IMG/VR virus record: IMGVR_UViG_3300043468_001158
DNA length: 64,000 nt
Origin: a virus
Taxonomy: Duplodnaviria; Caudoviricetes
Direction: 5' to 3' (one strand)
Position numbers and translations under genes: made by a program
Notes under the pieces: model-generated
Database searches by the model: none
What the model was told of the DNA's origin: nothing
What the model saw: the letters and a program-made list of their open reading frames with translations, nothing else
Shown: positions 1-9,437 of the stretch, one piece after another
Numbering within the stretch: the stretch's first letter is position 1
Layout of the letters: each line of letters begins with the position of its first letter

Positions 1-1755
1 AGAACGAATGTTATGTTCTTCGGCAAGAGGCTTATTCAAATCTTGTCCTTGCAAATCAAAAACATAATGTAATAATTTACCTATAAGTTCTTGATTATAA
101 AGTTCTTTCCAATAAGGTTTGCGATATCTTCCAGCATTTACATCTTGCGACAGTTTTGAAAGTATTTGATATTCTTCTTTAGTAATTTTGAATTTTTGAA
201 GAATAGATTCTTCTGCAGCTGGTGGAGTATCTTCAGTTTTATCTTTTCCGTCCAACCCGTCACTGGGTTTTTCTTCTTTTTCATTCCTGTCATCACTTGT
301 AGTTTTTTCTTCAGTTTCTTCTTCAGGCTTTAGCAATGGCTCTTCATCATCATCTTTCGGTTTTGAAGTATCTGTTTTTGGGTCATCTTTTTCATCTTTA
401 GCAGGAGCCTGTTCATCAGGAGCTTTTAATACCTTACTTAGTAATTCGCTAATCTTACGACTATGTTTTTCACCAAATTGAATAATAAGATGATCTTCAA
501 TAAATTCTTTGAAAGCTGCTGGAGTTTTTGGACGTCCTTCTTCAGACCAAGCTTTATGTAAGGAATCAACTGTAATCTTACGACCTCCTAGTCCTAGTAA
601 TCCTTCACTTAGGATATCATCTTCTAAATCAGAAACATCTGTTTGTTCACGAAGTTGTTCATCAAGTTCCTCTTTAGTTAGTATTGAAAAATCCTTTCTA
701 CCATATGAACGTAATGCAATGTTACTTATCTGTTTGAGAGTTTTTTTCGTAAGACCTTTTAATATAACACTCAAATTGATTGTATCTTCTAATGATGCTG
801 CTGAATAAACACCATGGTTCCAAATAAAGATTTTGTTTTTGCCTTTATTTGCATGTTCAAGTGCTTCAATAAATTTGCAACCTTTGATCTTAAATTTGAT
901 ATTATCAGAAGGTCTAGTAAAAATAGTAAAGGCGAGGGGAATAAATGTGGTAGATCGGCCGATTGTATACAATGGCCTAGGTTCAGAACCATCTTCCGCA
1001 AAAAAATCAGCTTTTTTGATAATAAGTTTGATAAGTTCTTTATTTTCATTGACTACATCAATTAATGGTTTATCTTTGTTAGCCTCAGTCCAAGCTTCTA
1101 ATGCTTGATAATTATCAACAGTTTTTTCATATACATTTTGTTTTATCTGTTGATGTTGAAGAAGAGAATTGACATAATCTCCAAAATCTTTAGCTTTGAA
1201 CTTACCATTTCCACTATTGATGAAATCAGCCATTGCCTTAACAGTTGACATTAGAACTCGTCTTATAAAAACAAATTCTTCACCATTAGCTAACCATTTT
1301 GAAATAAATGGTTTTGTTTCAAGTGACTGTTCTTTATCAGCAATCGAATTGAAAGAGGAAGATATTGAACTAGTAAAAAATTGACGATGTTTATATTCAT
1401 AGAGGCTATCGTCAGTAAAATATTCTCTAACTTGCTTCTTCAATGCATCATAACTTTCAGCAGATTTCTTATCATCACGGTCAGCTTTCGCTTTTTCATC
1501 TTCATCATGAGCTTTATCTTTTTCTTCCTGTTTCTTTTGATCTTCTTCAGCTTTTTCTTCAGCAGTTTTATCAATTCCGCCAAAAAATTTTTTGTTTAGT
1601 TTGAATAGTTCATCATTTTGTCTAATACCCAATTCAACTTTTTTGAATAATTCAATTATCTGTTCATCAGTATATTTAGAACCGGAGGGATTAGCTTCAT
1701 TCAAAACAAAGTTATTGATTCCTGCAAGTTTTGCAATAGTATTAGTAGAAAACAT
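1..1755 (-). CDS. Large K/E-rich late protein, truncated at the window edge (>585 aa); possible internal head protein
   Basis: Absent from the ORF track because it has no stop in the window. ATG at 1755 reads MFSTNIAKLAGINNFVLNEANP; segments translated by hand were open, including the last codons (FDLQGQDLNKPLAEEHNIRS). Late box at 1802-1809. Confidence 0.8.
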   Translation of the reverse strand, partial: MFSTNTIAKLAGINNFVLNEANPSGSKYTDEQIIELFKKVELGIRQNDELFKLNKKFFGGIDKTAEEKAEEDQKKQEEKDKAHDEDEKAKADRDDKKSAESYDALKKQVREYFTDDSLYEYKHRQFFTSSISSSFNSIADKEQSLETKPFISKWLANGEEFVFIRRVLMSTVKAMADFINSGNGKFKAKDFGDYVNSLLQHQQIKQNVYEKTVDNYQALEAWTEANKDKPLIDVVNENKELIKLIIKKADFFAEDGSEPRPLYTIGRSTTFIPLAFTIFTRPSDNIKFKIKGCKFIEALEHANKGKNKIFIWNHGVYSAASLEDTINLSVILKGLTKKTLKQISNIALRSYGRKDFSILTKEELDEQLREQTDVSDLEDDILSEGLLGLGGRKITVDSLHKAWSEEGRPKTPAAFKEFIEDHLIIQFGEKHSRKISELLSKVLKAPDEQAPAKDEKDDPKTDTSKPKDDDEEPLLKPEEETEEKTTSDDRNEKEEKPSDGLDGKDKTEDTPPAAEESILQKFKITKEEYQILSKLSQDVNAGRYRKPYWKELYNQELIGKLLHYVFDLQGQDLNKPLAEEHNIRS

Positions 1756-1801
1756 TATATGAGTAACCCGTGTACATGAGAAATATGTTATGATAAACAA
1801 C

Positions 1802-1809
1802 TATTTATA
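1802..1809 (-). promoter_or_regulatory. T4-type late promoter TATAAATA
   Basis: Exact T4 gp55 late consensus about 47 nt upstream of the ATG at 1755. Confidence 0.7.
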
Positions 1810-1840
1810 CAGAATGTCTAACAGGAAGAGGTCTTAGCAC

Positions 1841-1869
1841 TGTACATTAGCCATCAAATGTGTTATAAT
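1841..1869 (+). promoter_or_regulatory. sigma70-type early promoter
   Basis: TGTACA-N17-TATAAT upstream of the helicase. Confidence 0.65.
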
Positions 1870-1905
1870 GTTTAATGAACATCCAATAAAGAAGAGCCAA
1901 CATCA

Positions 1906-3645
1906 ATGCTAAAATACGAACAAGCAATTCTTGACTCGTTCAAGAAGCTAGGCAAAACTCCACGAGGTCATCAGCTTGCTGACATTCATTACATTCTCGA
2001 AGCATACCTTGACAGGGGCAAAACCAAAGTTATACTTTCAGCTCCAACGGGAAGTGGTAAGTCAATCATAGGTGCAGTTGTTGCTGATGTGCTACATGCT
2101 TTATCAACTGACAAGAACCATCATGGCCATCATATTGATGATGTTGTTGAACGTGAAGGCTCATTTATTCTGGTTGGCACAAACATTCTTGCAACTCAGT
2201 ATGCGGATACCTTTGAAAATGTAAGGGATTTTCTTCAAGTAAAAGGCGCAAACAACTACGAATGTCGAGCTCTTTCAACTTTCACTGACCCAGTCTTTGC
2301 AGATAGTTGCTGCGAATCTGACATGAAGAAGTCAAAGCAAGCTGACCTATTACAAATGGTTGATAAGTATTGTGGTAAATGTGAATATGCATATGTTCGT
2401 AAAGCAAAACATAAAGTTCAACATCTTATTACGAATTACAGTTACTTCTTTATCGACCGGCTTTTTACTAAACAGCATGCTTATAGAACAATTACCGTTT
2501 GGGATGAAGCACATACTCTAAACGATACTTTTGCTGAACATTGTGCAGTCTTTGTTTCTGATAAACGACTAACTCAAATCGCAGAAGAAATTACTGAAGT
2601 ATTACAATTCACCGAACTTGAAGTATTTAAGTTTCTAAAAGACTTTAAGAATTCTATTAAGAATGGACATATTACTGAAAACAATTACTTGGAGTATCTA
2701 GAGAAACTTCATAAGTTCTATAAACGAGTAGAAGATGAAGGGAAACTTCAAGCAAAATCTCTAATGATTCAATCTAATCTAAAAGAATATGGAAAGATTA
2801 GTAAGATAGCTAAAAAGTATGGGGATATGGCATGTAAGATTGGTGATTTACTTTCATATATGTATGAACATATCTTTGAGCTGAATACTACAACAAAAGA
2901 ACTTATCGTCAAACCAATCTTTGTTGGCGATATGTTTCAAACTTTAGTCAATTCAAAGTATCAGCTTTTTATGTCGGCTACGGTTTCTGGACCATTACTC
3001 ATTGATACTTTAGCTCTTAATCCTGATGAAGTGGAGTTTATCAAACTCCCACCATACTTCCCGGTCGATAATAAGAAAATGATATTTCTTAGTGTCGATA
3101 AACTAAACTATGTTTCAATGAAAGACCCTAAAGTTCAAACAAAACTTGTAAAGGCTTGTGTCAAATTAGTTGATAGACATATCAATGAAGGAGAAAATGG
3201 GATTATCCTAACACCAAGTTTTGATGTTACTGAAATGATTTCTAAAAGTCTTACACATGTCAAATTGTTTCAACATGAACGTGGCACTAAACTTGCTCCT
3301 TTAGTTGAAAAGTTCAAAAAATGTAATGAGCCATCAGTTCTGATTTCACCAAGTATGTTTGAAGGTTTATCACTTGATGACGACTTGTCACGATTTCAGA
3401 TTTACGTCAAAGCACCATATGCATCTTTAGGTGAAAAACGAGTCAAGTATATTGCAGACAATTACAAACAGCTGTATGAACTGCAAACCATACTTCGCAT
3501 CATTCAGGGAGCAGGTCGTTCAGTTAGAAGTGAAGAAGATTATGCAACAACTTACATGTTAGACTCGATGTTGTCCTACTTATGGAAAAGTCGACTGAAT
3601 GAATGGAAAGATGAGTTCAGTGTATCATATCAAACACTAATGTAA
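1906..3645 (+). CDS. dinG: DinG/XPD-like SF2 helicase, probably with an Fe-S cluster
   Basis: Walker A SAPTGSGKS, DEAH, motif VI QGAGRSVRS; Cys cluster (YEC...SCC...CGKC) between motifs Ia and II. Confidence 0.85.
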   Translation: MLKYEQAILDSFKKLGKTPRGHQLADIHYILEAYLDRGKTKVILSAPTGSGKSIIGAVVADVLHALSTDKNHHGHHIDDVVEREGSFILVGTNILATQYADTFENVRDFLQVKGANNYECRALSTFTDPVFADSCCESDMKKSKQADLLQMVDKYCGKCEYAYVRKAKHKVQHLITNYSYFFIDRLFTKQHAYRTITVWDEAHTLNDTFAEHCAVFVSDKRLTQIAEEITEVLQFTELEVFKFLKDFKNSIKNGHITENNYLEYLEKLHKFYKRVEDEGKLQAKSLMIQSNLKEYGKISKIAKKYGDMACKIGDLLSYMYEHIFELNTTTKELIVKPIFVGDMFQTLVNSKYQLFMSATVSGPLLIDTLALNPDEVEFIKLPPYFPVDNKKMIFLSVDKLNYVSMKDPKVQTKLVKACVKLVDRHINEGENGIILTPSFDVTEMISKSLTHVKLFQHERGTKLAPLVEKFKKCNEPSVLISPSMFEGLSLDDDLSRFQIYVKAPYASLGEKRVKYIADNYKQLYELQTILRIIQGAGRSVRSEEDYATTYMLDSMLSYLWKSRLNEWKDEFSVSYQTLM

Positions 3646-3739
3646 CAATCGTGTAATAACTCATTTGATTGTTTCCTTTTATGAAACAGCTAATTATAGA
3701 AAATAGCTATGTAAATCAATAGGTTGAAAAAGTCTGTTT

Positions 3740-3747
3740 GATAAATA
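3740..3747 (+). promoter_or_regulatory. Late-type promoter GATAAATA
   Basis: The 14-bp context tgtttgataaatac recurs at 53735-53748. Confidence 0.55.
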
Positions 3748-3810
3748 CTTATGGAGGTTGTGTTACAATATAATCTCCATAATTGTTAAACTACTACAAG
3801 AGAAAACAAA

Positions 3811-3981
3811 ATGAACACACCATTGAAATACTTAGGAATTGCCTTAGGCGGCATATTCTTCTGGGCGGTGAGTGGTTTTGTACATGAAGGCCAACTCATC
3901 AACGCTTGCGAGAAAGGAAAAACGGTAACCACCACTCATCCTTCTTATAACCTACAAGGATGCAAGCTCGTCAAACGATAA
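3811..3981 (+). CDS. Small membrane-anchored protein (56 aa)
   Basis: Hand-translated as MNTPLKYLGIALGGIFFWAVSGFVHEGQLINACEKGK...; below the ORF-track cut-off; AGAG upstream. Confidence 0.6.
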   Translation: MNTPLKYLGIALGGIFFWAVSGFVHEGQLINACEKGKTVTTTHPSYNLQGCKLVKR

Positions 3982-4023
3982 CACGTTTTTAGTGTGATAT
4001 CATATACCAATAATAAGATGCTA

Positions 4024-4052
4024 TTTACTTGAGCTGACGTTTGTGTTATAAT
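4024..4052 (+). promoter_or_regulatory. sigma70-type early promoter
   Basis: TTTACT-N17-TATAAT. Confidence 0.7.
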
Positions 4053-4091
4053 TGTGCTATACATCAGTTCAAGTAAAAGGCACACCTCCAC

Positions 4092-4634
4092 ATGAAGCTA
4101 AAACTTCCATACCAACATTATGTGATTGAAGGTATTGATGGACTCGGTAAGAGCACCCTCATCAATGCAATCAAAAATGCAGACGGTTTCTTTCACTACA
4201 TTCATTACGAAAAACCGCAAGCACTTGATGTGTATGATAATGACTTATTCACATATCAATCAAATAGTTTCCAATATGGGTTTGAATTATTAGAACAACA
4301 GATAGTACCATTCATCTTTGACCGCTTTCATCTTGGCGAACTTGTTTATGCACATCGTTATAGAGGTTATGATGGTGAATATGTCTTTAGCATGGAACGC
4401 GATTACAAAGTTGAAAAATGGAGTCATGTCAAACTCATCCTACTTGTGACTTCAAACTGGTCTCACATTGTGGATGATGGATTATCATTTGACTTTTCTG
4501 CTAAAGAACAAGAGCAAGAAGATTTCATTAGAGCAATACAACAATCCCAATTCCCACGTCGTCAAATCATTGATATCTGTCATAAAGATGGACGTCGTAA
4601 AACACCCCAAGAACTATTAGAGGAGATTTCCTAA
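4092..4634 (+). CDS. Thymidylate/dNMP kinase-like P-loop kinase
   Basis: IEGIDGLGKST P-loop and FDRFHLGELVY (DR motif of the TMK family). Confidence 0.75.
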   Translation: MKLKLPYQHYVIEGIDGLGKSTLINAIKNADGFFHYIHYEKPQALDVYDNDLFTYQSNSFQYGFELLEQQIVPFIFDRFHLGELVYAHRYRGYDGEYVFSMERDYKVEKWSHVKLILLVTSNWSHIVDDGLSFDFSAKEQEQEDFIRAIQQSQFPRRQIIDICHKDGRRKTPQELLEEIS

Positions 4635-4635
4635 G

Positions 4636-6138
4636 ATGGCCGTCATCGAAACAAAAATACCAAAACAACTGTATGTCACTCTCAGACAAGAACGACGAGT
4701 AGAACCTGATGATGCACCATTAGGCTTTGCTTCTCCATACGAACCTGGTACAAGTGGCTTCAAGAAAAGACAAAAAACCCAATTAGAATGGGCTTATCAA
4801 GTTTCACATCCTCATACAACATTTACCATTCATGACCTTCATAGAATAAATGTCTATCAAAATCAATTGTCGCTTATGTATTCACAGGATGATACGTCTG
4901 GTGAAGTCAAGATGTTTGAATGGGTTGACGATGAAACATTACCACGATTAGAAGCTAAAGATAATGATGACTGGCTAAAACAATACTTACCAAATACCTA
5001 TTGCGGCAAGTCTCGTCAAGAAGTTACTGACGACCATCCAATGGCACCTAAGATTCTTGACAATGTTCCGCTTTCTGGTTATCAATTGACTAAAGAAGTT
5101 CGTCGTACTGGTTGGAATGGTGGTAATGTTGTATGGCGAATTCTTGACCCGCGTGGATTCCAGCTTGAAATCAGTTCAGCTAATCTTGCTCGTATCATTG
5201 ATTGCTCGACTATTACTGAAGGTGTCATTATGGAACCTTGTATCTGGGGACGGTCAGGAGCTGCAAATGTATTGCTTCCAATGTCATCAGACATTTGTAA
5301 AGCTGCTTATGTGAATACTGAGCGAGCTGAAAAAAAGAAGATTCCATTGAAAGAAGTGTCAATCGGCGATCATGTTAGGATTCAAGAATCTTCAAAGAAT
5401 GAAGATATTGTGTATGAGTATCTTGGTAAATTCACGATTATCACTGGCTCAACACGTAATGAATTTTACCCATATACCACATTCAGTGGCATACATGTAG
5501 CTCGTGACAATTATGAACGGTATGTATTACGCAGGGTTGATTTTGTTGGAGGCAAAAATCAAATAGCTTATGAGTTCTATTCAACTCCAACTGTATATGA
5601 AATAGTTCAAAAGACTTTAGTTCCTAAAGATAAAGTTGAAGTATGTCAAAGACTAAATGACCTTGCATCAAGTAGATTCTTTGGGACTGATGAAACTCAT
5701 TCGCATTTATCTTATGATTCTCGTATTGTTGGATTCTGTATTGGCAAACCATCAGATTTTTCTTTATCATTAGAAAAAGTAGATGATGATGTAGATGAAT
5801 ATGCTAGAAATTGGACTATGTATGAAAGTCAATTTGAAAACTCAAAAGTCAAATCTTATTTCGTTCGTAAAGACAATCAATTATATATGATTGCTAATAA
5901 TAGAAATAATATTAGATTAGTTCCATGCAAAATAGATAAAGTTTCTATAAATTTTGAAACTAAAGTAGTAAAACATTCAAGTGGTTATTATGCTCGTAAT
6001 ATGGAAGTTCCAGTGACTTACGATTTAGATATATTGCCACCAAATGATAAAGAATGGTTTCAATTAGTTCTAAATCTAAATGGAAACAAAATACAACAAT
6101 CCTTATATCAATTCAACGACATTTCAATAAATGACTGA
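4636..6138 (+). CDS. Conserved phage hypothetical protein
   Basis: 500-aa ORF; the LGFASPY...WRILDPRGFQLEISSANL block is familiar from large phages; no function recognised. Confidence 0.8.
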   Translation: MAVIETKIPKQLYVTLRQERRVEPDDAPLGFASPYEPGTSGFKKRQKTQLEWAYQVSHPHTTFTIHDLHRINVYQNQLSLMYSQDDTSGEVKMFEWVDDETLPRLEAKDNDDWLKQYLPNTYCGKSRQEVTDDHPMAPKILDNVPLSGYQLTKEVRRTGWNGGNVVWRILDPRGFQLEISSANLARIIDCSTITEGVIMEPCIWGRSGAANVLLPMSSDICKAAYVNTERAEKKKIPLKEVSIGDHVRIQESSKNEDIVYEYLGKFTIITGSTRNEFYPYTTFSGIHVARDNYERYVLRRVDFVGGKNQIAYEFYSTPTVYEIVQKTLVPKDKVEVCQRLNDLASSRFFGTDETHSHLSYDSRIVGFCIGKPSDFSLSLEKVDDDVDEYARNWTMYESQFENSKVKSYFVRKDNQLYMIANNRNNIRLVPCKIDKVSINFETKVVKHSSGYYARNMEVPVTYDLDILPPNDKEWFQLVLNLNGNKIQQSLYQFNDISIND

Positions 6139-6670
6139 TACTAATCCGCTATTCATTTCAGATACTCACTGGTTTCATCAGAACATAATCAAATATTGTA
6201 ATAGACCATTTGAATCCGCTGATGAAATGAATGAAACTTTACTAACAAACTGGAATGCAAAAGTCAAACCTCAAGATACTGTTTATTTCTTAGGGGATTT
6301 TGCTTTTGCTCCACATGATAAGGTAAAAGCCGTTCTTGACCGGCTTAATGGAAATATTCATTTATGTCGAGGCAATCATGACAAACCTTTGAATAGCCTT
6401 CATCATTACTTTACTTCAGTCTTTGATTTGAAAACGATTATGATAAAGGATGAAACCTGTATCAATGGAGTTCAGCCAATTGTTCTTTGTCATTATCCAT
6501 TATTGACTTGGGATAGACAAAGATATAATAGTTGGATGCTTCATGGTCATGTTCATTCCCCTATCAATACTAAATCATCTGTCAAAAGATATGATGTTGG
6601 AGTAGATGCTAATAACTATACACCTATTTCTTATTTAGAATTGAAAGAATGGTTCAATACTGATAAATAG
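6131..6670 (+). CDS. Calcineurin-like metallophosphoesterase
   Basis: SDTH, LGD, GNHD, CHYP and HGHVH metal-binding motifs. Confidence 0.9.
   Translation: MTDTNPLFISDTHWFHQNIIKYCNRPFESADEMNETLLTNWNAKVKPQDTVYFLGDFAFAPHDKVKAVLDRLNGNIHLCRGNHDKPLNSLHHYFTSVFDLKTIMIKDETCINGVQPIVLCHYPLLTWDRQRYNSWMLHGHVHSPINTKSSVKRYDVGVDANNYTPISYLELKEWFNTDK
6662..6669 (+). promoter_or_regulatory. Late-type promoter GATAAATA for the 6718-10095 operon
   Basis: NATAAATA box overlapping the end of the upstream gene. Confidence 0.5.
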
Positions 6671-6717
6671 AAGTTATATAGACACTCTCTAATATCATAC
6701 ACAGGACATTCTTTATT

Positions 6718-7812
6718 ATGCTTACTTTTTCATCTTATCTTTTAGAAGATAAACTTCCTCGTGCTATTTTATGCGAAGGAGGAAATGTTCAGATTGGTGA
6801 CCATGCGGCTCAACATATTAACTTAGAAGACCACGATAGAGATATCGTGTCAGATGTTATTATGAAGTCACTGGTTGAATTGAACCATTCCTTCAAAGAA
6901 GATACCGGGCTTTACATCTGGAAACCATCAGTTCTCAAAGACGGAAAGATTTTCTCAGGTTCAACTAAACACTTTTTCGATAGTCGTATTCCAACAGAAA
7001 CTTTTGTCAAACACAAAAAGTCCGTTGGCGATATTGATTTGATGGTTGATGAAAACTTGAAGAAACAAATCATCGCTTTCATCTCTGACCGCAAAGGCGA
7101 AAACTTTGGAAGTTTGGAGCTAATAGGTTCTCAACAATCCGGCGACCAAACAATCACTCTTTGGAAGTTGGAACCTATGGGTATCAATGTTCAGGTTGAT
7201 TTGGAGTATGTAGAATTTCTAAAAGATGAGCCGACTGAATGGTCTGAGTTTTCACATTCGGCTTCTTTTGAAGATATGGAAATTGGTATCAAAGGAGCCT
7301 TCCATAAACTTCTAATGACGTCACTAATGGGACATACAAAAGCTGATGCCATTCTTCAAATGAAGACTAAGCAGAAAGATATCAAAGCTGGAACTCATGC
7401 TCTTTCAATCAAGGGATTACGTAAAAAGTTTGAAAAGATTGGCGAACTTGATGGAAAGAATGTTGTCAGAGAAACGGGTTCTAAAGAATGGAACCGCAAC
7501 TTCTATGATATCTTAAGAGAGATTTTCGGTAAAGAAGCAAGTGCCGATGAAGTCAAAATGTTTTGGTCTTATACTGGAATTCTAAAGCTTTTGAAAAAGA
7601 ATATGGCTAAAGATGATTTGAAAAAAGTATTTGAAGAATTCATTGATAGATTATTTGGCGAAGGAGCACAAGGTTTATATCGTGGTGACCCAAATCGAGA
7701 TTTAGATGAAAAGATGGTTGCGTTGAAATATGCTAAAGAGAAATTAAATCTAGATTTAGACGAACATGCATTGCATAGATTACAAAAAGAATTCTACGAA
7801 AAGTACAAGTAA
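6718..7812 (+). CDS. Pol-beta-superfamily nucleotidyltransferase-like protein with capsid-targeting-like N-terminus
   Basis: IFSGST...KSVGDIDLMVD (GS and DxD) plus a later VQVDLE acidic strand; N-terminus MLTFSSYLLE. Confidence 0.65.
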   Translation: MLTFSSYLLEDKLPRAILCEGGNVQIGDHAAQHINLEDHDRDIVSDVIMKSLVELNHSFKEDTGLYIWKPSVLKDGKIFSGSTKHFFDSRIPTETFVKHKKSVGDIDLMVDENLKKQIIAFISDRKGENFGSLELIGSQQSGDQTITLWKLEPMGINVQVDLEYVEFLKDEPTEWSEFSHSASFEDMEIGIKGAFHKLLMTSLMGHTKADAILQMKTKQKDIKAGTHALSIKGLRKKFEKIGELDGKNVVRETGSKEWNRNFYDILREIFGKEASADEVKMFWSYTGILKLLKKNMAKDDLKKVFEEFIDRLFGEGAQGLYRGDPNRDLDEKMVALKYAKEKLNLDLDEHALHRLQKEFYEKYK

Positions 7813-8490
7813 ATGATTACATTCAAAGAATACTTATTAGGGGAGATGACATTAGTCGACCCTGCGGTATCTGCCAAAATGTTATACGATTATTTAGATG
7901 ATATAGAACCTTTGATTATTCATGGTGGTGGAGTAACTCATATTGGTGACATTGAAGAATATCAAGTATATCATACTAAGTATAACAATTATGAAGTATA
8001 TGCTTTAAGAAAGGATGATGAAGTTGCTTGTGTATTCAAATGTATGTTTAGAACCTTTCCGATAATTGATAAAGTTCTTTATGTGTTTATCATGGTAACA
8101 AAACCCTCGTTTCAGGGTAAAGCTTTATCTGCAAAAATGATACACTTTTTCAATACTCGAGAAGTATGGCATGTGCTCATTGATGACTTATTATCTCCAT
8201 CGAATAAGAATAACCTAGAAAAGATTGCTAAAGATGAAAATTCTTCAGCATGCTGGTATAATGTAAAGACTGGTGAAATTGAGCCATTCAAAAATACTGA
8301 AGGAAAATACACATTCAATTTTGCTCATCCTGAAACACATTGGCAAATTCTTTTTCAGAAAAGACATAAAGGCGATAATGAAGATATCTTTAAGACTGAA
8401 GAAGTTTATTCAAGATTTTGGAAAAGGGAACATATAGCAGAATGTCGTATGATTAATGGATATGAACATTTAGGACTAGGAACCGATTAA
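7813..8490 (+). CDS. GNAT-like acetyltransferase with capsid-targeting-like N-terminus
   Basis: MVTKPSFQGKALSAKMI resembles GNAT motif A; paralogous to 9397 (YNxKT and WxI motifs); N-terminus MITFKEYLLGE. Confidence 0.6.
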   Translation: MITFKEYLLGEMTLVDPAVSAKMLYDYLDDIEPLIIHGGGVTHIGDIEEYQVYHTKYNNYEVYALRKDDEVACVFKCMFRTFPIIDKVLYVFIMVTKPSFQGKALSAKMIHFFNTREVWHVLIDDLLSPSNKNNLEKIAKDENSSACWYNVKTGEIEPFKNTEGKYTFNFAHPETHWQILFQKRHKGDNEDIFKTEEVYSRFWKREHIAECRMINGYEHLGLGTD

Positions 8491-8492
8491 GA

Positions 8493-9437
8493 ATGATTAC
8501 ATTTAGACAATTTTTAGCAGAAGAAAGCGAAAGCGAAATCGCTAAAACAAAGCGACAAGGCATTGTGCATTTTCAAGACATGAAGCCGGTTGAAGCATTA
8601 CAGTTTCTTCGTAAAATCAAAGATGAGATGAAGGGTAAGTTGAAAGACATTCCCGTTACTCTCAAAGTTGATGGAGGTTCTTTACGATTTGGTAAAGATA
8701 AGAAAGGTGAATACTTTCTGGAAACTGGTAATAGCGGTCCTATTCAGTCTAAGAAAGCTTTTTCAACTTTCAACCGTGATAAAGGTGTAACCTCTGAAGT
8801 CATCATTCAACGTGCTATGCATTATGATGATATCTATGACCATATTGAAGATAGTAAGATATGGGAAACTTTACCAAATGATGCTAAAGTGTCATGCGAA
8901 ATCCTATACAATCCAATGGGTGAAGAAGTCGAAGATGACCACTTAAAGTTCGTATCAGTGAAGTACAATGCTCATAAACTTGGAAAGCTAATGACATTGG
9001 TTCCAATCACAGTCACTGTATCTTCTACTGGAGCAGCACATCCTGATAAAGACAAGATTATTGATGACCTGCTTAATCAGTCGGATAAAGACATCAAAAT
9101 CATTTCGCCTAAACTGAAACCTCTTACTTTAGATGTTGAGGCTCACTTGAAACCACTTGAGTCCATTGGTGAAGATGCAGAGCAAATCCTGAAATCCCTG
9201 AAGCATGCTGACAAACCATTGAAGCTAGAGTATCAAGTCATTCTGAATGCAATCAAAGCTCGTGTAGCCGATGCTATCATGCAACATCCAATCAAAGGTA
9301 GGGATGTCATAGGGGATGAAATAGAAGGGTACGTAGTAGAACTCTCCGGAAAGCTTTATAAAGTCACTACTCCAAAGTTCAAACAAGCTAAGAAAGATGA
9401 GAAAAAAAAGACTACAGGAATCAGCTTTAGAATTTGA
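8493..9437 (+). CDS. KxDG ligase-fold covalent nucleotidyltransferase-like protein with capsid-targeting-like N-terminus
   Basis: Motif I TLKVDG, motif III CEILY, motif IV EIEGYVVE, motif V YKV; no OB domain; N-terminus MITFRQFLAEE. Confidence 0.65.
   Translation: MITFRQFLAEESESEIAKTKRQGIVHFQDMKPVEALQFLRKIKDEMKGKLKDIPVTLKVDGGSLRFGKDKKGEYFLETGNSGPIQSKKAFSTFNRDKGVTSEVIIQRAMHYDDIYDHIEDSKIWETLPNDAKVSCEILYNPMGEEVEDDHLKFVSVKYNAHKLGKLMTLVPITVTVSSTGAAHPDKDKIIDDLLNQSDKDIKIISPKLKPLTLDVEAHLKPLESIGEDAEQILKSLKHADKPLKLEYQVILNAIKARVADAIMQHPIKGRDVIGDEIEGYVVELSGKLYKVTTPKFKQAKKDEKKKTTGISFRI

Noticed and set aside
509-1599. Short + strand ORFs in the track
   Set aside because: They are shadows of the long minus-strand ORF 1-1755, which has its own late promoter.
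9404-9410. dnaX-like A_AAA_AAG -1 frameshift site
   Set aside because: The downstream GNAT is in the +1 frame, so a -1 shift would not reach it.
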